Origin: Eledone cirrhosa
Taxonomy: Eukaryota
Direction of reading: 5' to 3'
Length of the DNA: 64,000 nt
NCBI GenBank assembly: GCA_964016885.1
Contig: OZ024743.1
Coordinates: 333,374,001 to 333,438,000, forward strand
The position numbers and the translations under genes are program-made. Under the pieces are notes generated by a model. That model did not search any database and was not told where the DNA came from. It saw nothing but the letters and a program-made list of their open reading frames with translations. This document shows, piece by piece, positions 54,167 to 64,000 of this stretch; the first letter of the stretch is position 1; every line of letters starts with the position of its first letter.

Positions 54167-56205
54167 CCAAAAGTGCAATTTGGGAGACTGCAGCAGTCTG
54201 ACTTGACAGGAAAGAACGTTGTAATGCTGAACGTGAATACAAACTGCATAAATCAGATATCAATAGAAAAAAACGAAATAAATCATCCAACCATCTCAAG
54301 CAGATGACAAAAAAGGCACTGCTTGACTTTTGAACAGCGCATAGCAACCAACCCTGACAGTAAGGTGTTCTGGAAATATGTACATTCAAAGCAGAGACCT
54401 CACTCTCCAGTTGGTCCTCTTCGCAATCCTCACATAAGCCAGACTACTGAAGACCTCAAAGAATACGCAGAACTCATTGCTGAATGTTATGCAGGCATTT
54501 TCACTGTTGAAAACCAAAACGTACCATCTCCACTACCTCTAACATCAAATTCTATAACAACTATGGAATTTACACCTGCAATGCTGCTTCGTCACCTTAA
54601 GAATAAACGCAACCATGCCTCTCCTGGTCTTGATGGTGTTACGTACCTGCTTCTCAAATGTGGTTGGTACTTCCTTCTGCACCAGCTATCATGCTTCTTT
54701 CAATTCTGTCTGAACAACAGTGCTACTCTGGAGCAGTGGAAAACTGCCAGTATCATTCCTCTATTCAAAAAGGGTGATCGCACGTCGCCTGTCAACTATC
54801 GTCCAGTCAGTCTTACTAGCTGCATTGCCAAACTGATGGAATCCTGTGTCAGAGAAACACTCTGGAACTTCTGGAATTCTCACAGTCTTATCCTGCCCTC
54901 ACAATTTGGATTTATCCCTAATTCCAGCTGCTGTGATCAGCTTATCGAGTTCTTTGAAGACATTACCCGGATCACTGATGGCGGCTCATGGGTGGATGTT
55001 GTTTACCTTGACTTTTCTAAAGCTTTTAATTCTGTGCCACACAAAAGACTTATGGCAAAACTCTCTGCAATGGGTGTGAAGAATGATCTTTTTAACTGGT
55101 TGAAGTCCTTCATTCTCAGTCGAAGAGAGGTAATCACGGTTCTAGGACAGCATTCTTCACCATATGAGATGTCATCTGGTGTACCACAGGGATGTTCTTG
55201 GTCTCCTTTTGTTTGTTGCATATATTAATGACATAGATGCCAACTTAAAGAATGCCACACTATTGAAATATGCAAATGACATCAAGCTGTACCTTGAGAT
55301 GAAAAGGACAGATCCTGAACACTATAGATCTTTCCTGCAGTCTGACCTGGACACAATGCAGCAATGGATCATGGACTGTCAACTCAAGCTGGCTGTGGAC
55401 AAGTGCACCACCATGCATTTTGGGAGGAAAAACCCAGCGTCCACATACTCCCTCCACAACACTAATATCAAGAAGTCTTGTGGATGTGACCTGGGCATTA
55501 CTGTCAGCAGCAATTTGCGTTGGACAAAGCACATCTCTAAGATTGTCAAGCAAGACCTTTGTCAGCCGCTCTCCAGATATGTATTTAAGGCTGTATATAG
55601 CTATGGTGCGTCTACACTTAGAATTTGCATCACCAATCTGGATCCCCTATCTTGCTCAGAATATTGACCTGGAACCTGTTCAGAGGATGTGCAACCAAGC
55701 AAATACCCTATATCAGGCATCTACCACACTTTGAATGCCTTGCTTTCGTGGGCATAGATACATTAATGCTCCAACTTCTGGCAACTGACTTGGTAAACAC
55801 CTACAAAATTATTAACCATCTTGCCAACAACAACCCTGAGCGCCTTTTTGAATTCCATGTGTCTAACACCCGTGGGCATGCCTACAAAGTCAGAAAACAG
55901 CACAGCTCCCATAACTTTCGGAAATATTTTTTCACGCTCAGATTTGCTGAAGCATGGAACAAACTACCTGCATCAGTTGTTAGCTGCCGAGACACTGCAT
56001 CCTTTAAAACCTCCATGCTTCCTGAAATTCACCAACACTACACCTGATGTACCCCATCCATACACACACATACATATGTATATCATGACTTATACACTGT
56101 TCATTTTATTGACATTTGTACATTATTCTATGTACTATACATGTACTTTTGAGGAGTTGTAGTGCACTTGAGCACTGAACACAATAATTTCATTATTATT
56201 ATTAT
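54167..56205 (+). mobile_element. 5'-truncated CR1/L2-like LINE with frameshifted RT
   Basis: SPGLDG, WKTASIIPLFKKG, NYRPVSLTS, SQFGF, YLDFSKAF, SGVPQG, KYA(N)DIKL; (ATT)n tail; it separates a (CAT)n run from the minus-strand RTE-type tail resuming at ~56206. Confidence 0.92.
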
Positions 56206-57680
56206 CTTCACTGTTAAACGTCCATTTTCAATGCTAGCATGTGTTAGACGAGTAGTCTCATTGTGAGACATTCCAGGTCAGATGACCGTGCCTTTCTCAT
56301 ACAGAACTGATTTTGGCTTGGTTTCTACGGCTGGATGCCCTTCCTAATGCCAGCTATATTTACAGTGTAGACTGGGTGCTTTTTGTCATGAGACCTACAG
56401 GACACACTGTCACCCAGCCTACACTGTAAGGTGGTCATGTTGGTGTCACAACATCATCATTTAACATCTATTTTTCATGCTTGCATGGATTAAATGAGTT
56501 GTAATATTCTGAGGCTAAATCAGTCAGGTGGCTCCATCTTGTTCATACATTCCATATTTGACATAGCTTTTATGGTTAGATGCCCTTCCTAATGCCAAGC
56601 ACTTTACAGTGTGTACTGTGTACATTTTATTGTAGCACCAGCACTAGAGAGGTTGTCATTTACTAGGCCGGACTGAAGAGTTCTACTAACTCTCTATTAT
56701 CTTTTCTCAATCATGAAAAACTGTAGTCTCCAGTTTCTTCCCAGGATGATCTTCTTTAGTTGCTACTTAATATCTTCTTAGTGAATTTCTCATGGCCTAT
56801 CTTTATGGGGAAAAAAGTGTTGCAAGCTGGAGAGAAGATTCCAGATATGTAATGTGTATATGGATGATGATAGTTGGGTGAAGAAGTATCAAGGGTTCCC
56901 AGTGGAAGGAAGTTGTGGAAGAGGATGACCTGATCTATGATTTTAGTCATCAACCATATCTCTTCATTATCAGTCATTGCTGGTATGATACACTGGTAAA
57001 GCCTTTGATATAAGATAACATTTAAGTTTAGTTCAGTGATTTTCACTTCATTAGCATCATTATCATCATTTAACATCCATTTTCCCTGCTAGCAAAGGTT
57101 GGATGGGCCATCACAGATCTAGTTGGTATTTAATTGAAGCTACTGATTTCGTACTCAACAGAGTGCACAGTACATTTTATTATGATACCAACTCTAAGGC
57201 AGTTGTCATGTCCTTCACACAATTGAAGAGTCCTCTCTATTCTTTGTTTGGCAAATTTTTTTACAGCTAGATGCCCCCTTCTTATCACCAACAATTTTAC
57301 AGAGTGTATTAGGTTCCTCTTATTGTGTCACCAACATTAGTGAGGTTGTTATGCAACTGATATAACTGAAGAGTCATTTCAACCCTTTTTGCCATGGTTT
57401 CTACAGTTGGATGTCCTTTCTGTCACCATCCAGCTTACATGGTGTACTGGGTGTATTGTTACATGGTGTACATGGTGCAATGGGTGTGTTGTGGCACCAG
57501 CAATAGAGAGGTTGTTGTGTCATGACTGAAGTGTCCTCTCAACGTTTTTTGGCATGATTCCTATGGCTGGGAGCCCATACTAATACCAACAACTTTACAG
57601 AATGCTCTGGGTGTGTTTTATCATGGCACCAGCTCTGGAGAGGTTGTCGGGGATTGATTCAACTGGAGAGCCTTCTTTAC
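56206..57680 (-). repeat. Degenerate tandem copies of RTE-type 3' UTR/SINE tails
   Basis: Repeated GGATGCCCTTCCTAATGCCAAC...TTTACAGTGTG.ACTGGGTG...GGCACCAGC..AGAGGTTGT units. Confidence 0.6.
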
Positions 57681-57750
57681 CCTGTTCATCTTAGTAAACT
57701 GAATCTTCTTTTTGTTGTAGATTCTGTATCTAAAGGAGTGACCGACAACA

Positions 57751-57859
57751 ATGACAGCTGGCTCTGTACCTGTTCCCATGGTTATACCGATGAGAGCACC
57801 TCAAGTTGGCAGACCTAAATCATCAATAGACACAAATACCAAGATTGCTCTTTGTTCAA
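57751..57859 (+). CDS. DZANK1: First coding exon of double zinc ribbon and ankyrin repeat domain protein 1 (exon 57721-57859)
   Basis: Acceptor TTCTTCTTTTTGTTGTAG| before 57721; ATG at 57751 encodes MTAGSVPVPMVIPMRAPQVGRPKSSIDTNTKIALCS; phase-1 donor A|GTAAGT at 57860. Matches the recalled vertebrate N-terminus [36 protein letters not shown] in length and motif. Confidence 0.85.
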
Positions 57860-57889
57860 GTAAGTATTCAACTTTCCACACATCTCCCC

Positions 57890-60800
57890 CACCAAAGTCC
57901 CCAGCCCACATTGTAAAGTGGTTGTTATAGCGATACAAAAAAAAGTGCCCAGTCCACACTGTAAAGTGGTTGTGTAAGTGTCATGACAAAAGTGCCCAGT
58001 CCACAATGTAAAGTGGTTGTGTAGGTGTCACGACAAAAAGCGCCTAGTCCACACTGAAAAGTGGTCATGTAGGTGTCACGACAAAAAGCGCCTAGTCTAC
58101 ACTGTAAAGTGGTCATGTAGGTGTCGCGACAAAAAGTGTTCAGTTCACACTGTAAAGTGGTCATGTAGGTGTCTCGACAAAAAGTGCCCAGTTCCCACTG
58201 TAAAGTGGTCATATAGGTGTCGCGACAAAAATTGCCCAGTTCACACTGTAAAGTGGTCATGTATGTATCGCGACAAAAAGTGCCCAGTTCACACTGTAAA
58301 GTGGTCATGTAGGTGTCACGACAAAAAGCAGCCAGTTCACACTGTAAAGTGGTCATGTAGGTGTCGCGACAAAAAGTGCCCAGTTCACACTGTAGAGTGG
58401 TCATGTAGGTGTCACGACAAAAAGCACCCAGTTCACATTGTAATGTTGTTGTGTAGGTGTCACGACAAAAAGCGCCTAGTCCACACTGTAAAGTGGTCAT
58501 GTAAGTGTCGCGAAAAAAAGTGCCCAATTCACACTGTAAAGTGGTCATGTATGTGTCGCGACAAAAAGTGCCCAGTTCACACTGTAAAGTGGTCATGTAA
58601 GTGTCGCGACAAAAAGTGCCCAGTTCACACTGTAAAGTGGTCATGTAAGTGTCGTGACAAAAAGCACCCAGTTCACACTGTAAATTGGTCATGTAAGTGT
58701 CGCGACAAAAAGTGCCCAGTTCACACTGTAAAGTGGTCATGTAAGTGTCGTGACAAAAAGCACCCAGTTCACACTGTAAATTGGTCATGTAAGTGTCGCG
58801 ACAAAAAGTGCCCAGTTCACACTGTAAAGTGGTCATGTAGGTGTCACGACAAAAAGCACCCAGTTCACATTGTAATGTTGTTGTGTAGGTGTCACGAGAA
58901 AAAGCGCCTAGTCCACACTGTAAAGTGGTCATGTAAGTGTCGCGACAAAAAGGGCCCAGTTCACACTGTAAAGTGGTCATGTAGGTGTCGCAACAAAAAG
59001 TGCCCAGTTCACACTGTAAAGTGGTCATGTAGGTGTCACAACAAAAAGCACACAGTTCACATTGTAAAATTGTTGTGTAGGTGTCACGACAATAAGCGCC
59101 TAGTCCACACTGTAAAGTGGTCATGTAAGTGTCGCGACAAAAAGTGCCCAGTTCACATTGTAATGTTGTGTAGGTGTCACGACAAAAAGCGCCTAGTCCA
59201 CACTGGAAAGTGTTCTTGTAGGTGTCACGACAAAAAGCGGCTAGTCCACACTGTAAAGTGGTCATGTAGGTGTCACGACAAAAAGCACCCAGTTCACATT
59301 GTAAAATGGTTGTGTAGGTGTCACGACAAAAAGCGCTTAGTCCACACTGGAAAGTGTTCTTGTAGGTGTTGCGACAAAAAGTGCCCAGTTCACACTGTAA
59401 AGTGGTCATGTATGTGTTGCGACAAAAAGTGCCCAGTTCACACTGTAAAGTGGTCATGTAGGTGTCGCGACAAAAAGTGCCCAGTTCACACTGTAAAGTG
59501 GTCATGTAGGTGTCACGACAAAAAGTACCCAGTTCACACTGTAAAGTGGTCATGTAGGTGTCGCGACAAAAAGTGCCCAGTTCACACTGTAAAGTGGTCA
59601 TGTAGGTGTCACGACAAAAAGTGCCCAGTTCACACTGTAAAGTGGTCATGTAGGTGTCGCGACAAAAAGTGCCCAGTTCACACTGTAAAGTGGTCATGTA
59701 GGTGTCACGACAAAAAGCGCCTAGTCCACACTGTAAAGTGGTCATGTAAGTGTCGCGACAAAAAGTGCCCAGTTCACACTGTAAAGTGGTCATGTAGGTG
59801 TCACGACAAAAAGCACCCAGTTCACATTGTAAAATGGTTGTGTAGGAGTCACGACAAAAAGCACCCAGTTCACATTGTAAAGTGGGCGTGTAGGTGTCAC
59901 GACAAAAAGCGCCCAGTTCTCACTGTAAATACAGATACAAGAAAAATTCATCATTAATTCCTTGAATCAGTGTTCAGGTTGGGATATATAAATACATATA
60001 TTATATATACAATGTGCGCCTGGTCCACACTGTAAAGTGGTCATGTTGGTGTCATGACAAAATGCACCCAATCCACACTGAAATGTGGTCGTGTAAGTGT
60101 CACGACCAAAAGCACCCAGTCCACACTATAAATGTGGTCGTGTAGGTGACACAACAAAAAGCACCCAATCCACACTGTAGTGTGGTCATGTAGTTGACGT
60201 GATAAAAAGCACCCAGTTCACACTGTAAAGTGGTCATGTAGGTGTCGCGACAAAAAGTGCCCAGTTCACATTGTAATGTTGTTGTGTAGGTGTCACGACA
60301 AAAAGCACCCAGTTCACATTGTAAAGTGGTCATGTAGGTGTCGCGACAAAAAGCACCCAGTTCACACTGTAAAGTTTTCATGTAAGTGTCGCGACAAAAA
60401 GTGCCCAGTTCACACTGTAAAGTGGTCATATATGTGTCACGACAAAAAGTGCCCAGTTCTCACTGTAAAGTGGTGATGTAGGTGTCATGACAAAAAGCAC
60501 CCAGTTCACATTGTAAAGTGGTCGTGTAGGTGTCACGACAAAAAGCGCCTAGTCCATACTGTAAAGTGGTCGTGTAGGTGTTGCGACAAAAAGTGCCCAG
60601 TTCACACTGTAGTGTGGTGATGTAAGTGTTGCGACAAAAAGCACCCAGTTCACACTGTAAAGTGGTGATGTAAGTGTTGCAACAAAAAGTGCCCAGTTCA
60701 CACTGTAAAGTGGTTATGTTGGTGTCGCGACAAAAAGCGCCCAGTTCACACTGTAAAGTGGTCATGTAGGTGTCAAGACAAAAACTGCCCAGTTCACACT

Positions 60801-63550
60801 GTAAAGTGGTCTTGTAGGTGTCGCGACAAAAATTGCCCAGTTCACACTGTAAAGTAGTTATGTAGGTGTCATGACAAAAAGTGCCCAGTTCACACTGTAA
60901 AGTGGTCATGTAGGTGTCCCGATAAAAAGTGCCCAGTTCACACTGTAACGTGGTCATGTAGGTGTCGCGACAAAAAGCACCCTGTTCACACTGTAAAGTG
61001 GTTTTGTAGGTGTCACAACAAAAAGTGCCCAGTACACACTGTAAAGTGGTCATGTAGCTGTCGCGACAAAAAGTGCCCAGTTTATACTGTAAAGTGGTGA
61101 TGTAAGTGTTGCGACAAAAAGTGCCCAGTTCACACTGTAAATTGGTTATGTAGGTGTCACGACAAAAAGGACCGAGTTCACACTGTAAAGTGGTTGTGTA
61201 GGTGTCACGACCAAAAGCACCCAGTCCACACTATAAATGTGGTCGTGTAGGTGACACAACAAAAAGCACCCAATCCACACTGTAGTGTGGTCATGTAGTT
61301 GACGTGATAAAAAGCACCCAGTTCACACTGTAAAGTGGTCATGTAGGTGTCGCGACAAAAAGTGCCCAGTTCACATTGTAATGTTGTTGTGTAGGTGTCA
61401 CGACAAAAAGCACCCAGTTCACATTGTAAAGTGGTCATGTAGGTGTCGCGACAAAAAGCACCCAGTTCACACTGTAAAGTTTTCATGTAAGTGTCGCGAC
61501 AAAAAGTGCCCAGTTCACACTGTAAAGTGGTCATATATGTGTCACGACAAAAAGTGCCCAGTTCTCACTGTAAAGTGGTGATGTAGGTGTCATGACAAAA
61601 AGCACCCAGTTCACATTGTAAAGTGGTCGTGTAGGTGTCACGACAAAAAGCGCCTAGTCCATACTGTAAAGTGGTCGTGTAGGTGTTGCGACAAAAAGTG
61701 CCCAGTTCACACTGTAGTGTGGTGATGTAAGTGTTGCGACAAAAAGCACCCAGTTCACACTGTAAAGTGGTGATGTAAGTGTTGCAACAAAAAGTGCCCA
61801 GTTCACACTGTAAAGTGGTTATGTTGGTGTCGCGACAAAAAGCGCCCAGTTCACACTGTAAAGTGGTCATGTAGGTGTCAAGACAAAAACTGCCCAGTTC
61901 ACACTGTAAAGTGGTCTTGTAGGTGTCGCGACAAAAATTGCCCAGTTCACACTGTAAAGTAGTTATGTAGGTGTCATGACAAAAAGTGCCCAGTTCACAC
62001 TGTAAAGTGGTCATGTAGGTGTCCCGATAAAAAGTGCCCAGTTCACACTGTAACGTGGTCATGTAGGTGTCGCGACAAAAAGCACCCTGTTCACACTGTA
62101 AAGTGGTTTTGTAGGTGTCACAACAAAAAGTGCCCAGTACACACTGTAAAGTGGTCATGTAGCTGTCGCGACAAAAAGTGCCCAGTTTATACTGTAAAGT
62201 GGTGATGTAAGTGTTGCGACAAAAAGTGCCCAGTTCACACTGTAAATTGGTTATGTAGGTGTCACGACAAAAAGGACCGAGTTCACACTGTAAAGTGGTT
62301 GTGTAGGTGTCAAGACAAAAAGTGCCCAGTTCACACTGTAAAGTGGTCATGTAGGTGTCACGACAAAAGGCACCCAGTTCACACTGTAAAGTGGTCATGT
62401 AAGTGTCACGACAAAAAGTGCCCAGTTCACACTGTAAAGTGGTCATGTAGGTGTCGCGACAAAAAGTGCCCAGTTCACACTGTAAAGTGATCATGTATGT
62501 GTCGCGACAAAAAGTGCCCAGTTCACACTGTAAAGTGGTCATGTAGGTGTCCCGATAAAAATTGCCCAGTTCACACTGTAACGTGGTCATGTAGGTGTCG
62601 CGACAAAAAGCACCCTGTTCACACTGTAAAGTCGTTTTGTAGGTGTCACAACAAAAAGTGCCCAGTACACACTGTAAAGTGGTCATGTAGGTGTCGTGAC
62701 AAAAAGTGCCCAGTTCATACTGTAAAGTGGTCATGTAGGTGTCGCGACAAAAAGTGCCCAGTCCACACTGTAAATTGGTCATGTAGGTGTCACGACAAAA
62801 AGGACCCAGTTCACACTGTAAAGTGGTTGTGTAGGTGTCCCGATAAAAATTGCCCAGTTCACACTGTAACGTGGTCATGTAGGTGTCGCGACAAAAAGCA
62901 CCCTGTTCACACTGTAAAGTCGTTTTGTAGGTGTCACAACAAAAAGTGCCCAGTACACACTGTAAAGTGGTCATGTAGGTGTCGTGACAAAAAGTGCCCA
63001 GTTCATACTGTAAAGTGGTCATGTAGGTGTCGCGACAAAAAGTGCCCAGTCCACACTGTAAATTGGTCATGTAGGTGTCACGACAAAAAGGACCCAGTTC
63101 ACACTGTAAAGTGGTTGTGTAGGTGTCGCGACAAAAAGTGCCCAGTTCACACTGTAAAGTGGTCATGTAGGTGTCACGACAAAAGGCGCCCAGTTCACAC
63201 TGTAAAGTGGTCATGTAAGTGTCACGACAAAAAGTGCCCAGTTCATACTGTAAAGTGGTCATGTAGGTGTCGCGACAAAAAGTGCCCAGTCCACACTGTA
63301 AAGTGGTCATGTAGGTGTCACGACAAAAAGTGCCCAGTTCACACTGTAAAGTGGTCATGTAAGTGTCGCGACAAAAAGTGCCCAGTTCACACTGTAAAGT
63401 GGTCATGTAGGTGTCACGACAAAAGGCGCCCAGTTCACACTGTAAAGTGGTCATGTAAGTGTCACGACAAAAAGTGCCCAGTTCACACTGTAAAGTGATC
63501 ATGTATGTGTCGTGACAAAAAGCCCCCAGTTCACATTGTAAAGTGGTTGG
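57890..63550. repeat. 48-bp satellite (~115 monomers) with a short interruption at ~59930-60015
   Basis: Monomer CACACTGTAAAGTGGTCATGTAGGTGTCGCGACAAAAAGTGCCCAGTT; gives 16-aa periodic ORFs on both strands. Confidence 0.97.
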
Positions 63551-63686
63551 TGGTAGGAAGGACATCCAGCCATAGAAACCAAAACCAAATCAGTTGTTTA
63601 CGAGTAAGACGTGGTCATCTGATCTGGTTAACCCATGCTAGCATGGAAAAATGGGCATTAAACAGTGATGATGATGATGATGATGA
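63545..63686 (+). mobile_element. RTE-type 3' terminus that closes the 48-bp array
   Basis: GTGGTTGG..TAGGAAGG.CATCCAGCC...ACCCATGCTAGCATGGAA...(GAT)n, as at 35129-35288. Confidence 0.8.
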
Positions 63687-63847
63687 CTTGTACTATTTGT
63701 ATGGATGTTACTTGCTTTTTTTATACCTCCAGACCTTATCTACCTCCCTTATAAACAAGGTCTCCTCCTTCTTCCCATTAAGAAAGTTAGTAGTAAGAAT
63801 GACACCTAACTTTAGAAATATACCATCATCATTATCATCATAATTTT

Positions 63848-64000
63848 GTGGTGGTGGTGATGATGACAATGATGATGATGATGATGATGATAACGATGAT
63901 AATGATGATGATGATGATGATAACGATGATAATGATGATGATGATGAAGAGGATGATGAGGATGATGATGACAACAACAATGATGATAATGATGATAATA
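63848..64000. repeat. (GAT)n compound microsatellite
   Basis: Directly visible. Confidence 0.95.

Noticed and set aside
56756-57076. 106-aa minus-strand ORF
   Set aside because: No recognisable motif; it starts in a (GAT)n tail amid degraded retroelement sequence.
57925-63565. Long Cys-rich ORFs (622, 646 and 666 aa) as metallothionein, zinc-finger or keratin-like proteins
   Set aside because: The 48-bp unit is divisible by 3 and stop-free in one frame on each strand. It derives from an RTE UTR, sits in an intron, and is broken by stops and indels.

Overview
Eukaryotic, AT-rich and repeat-dominated DNA. The SINE/RTE/CR1/Penelope repertoire and dense (TA)n/(TATG)n/(GAT)n microsatellites suggest an octopod cephalopod or related mollusc (inference). 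Positions 1-23060 are a 53-bp satellite with kb-scale higher-order duplications and two single-monomer fold-back inversions. Positions ~57890-63550 are a 48-bp satellite that appears to have grown inside an RTE 3' UTR. Only two host coding exons are recognisable, and they point away from each other: a signal-peptide first exon ending ...GRVE|GT, resembling selenoprotein M (29609-29743, minus), and the first coding exon of DZANK1 (57751-57859, plus; absent from the ORF track). The rest is decayed RTE, CR1-like, CRE-like and Penelope-like retroelements, an RT-deleted Gypsy with an intact -1 frameshift cassette, a DD37D (maT) transposon, hAT and piggyBac MITEs, non-autonomous Helitrons, tRNA-derived SINEs, an unclassified ~600-bp microsatellite-embedded element, and several hammerhead-ribozyme-like motifs, including a variant-core pair with a compensatory base change. 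Most listed ORFs are artefacts of repeats. All calls were made by eye without database searches, and I see no clear new multi-gene system.
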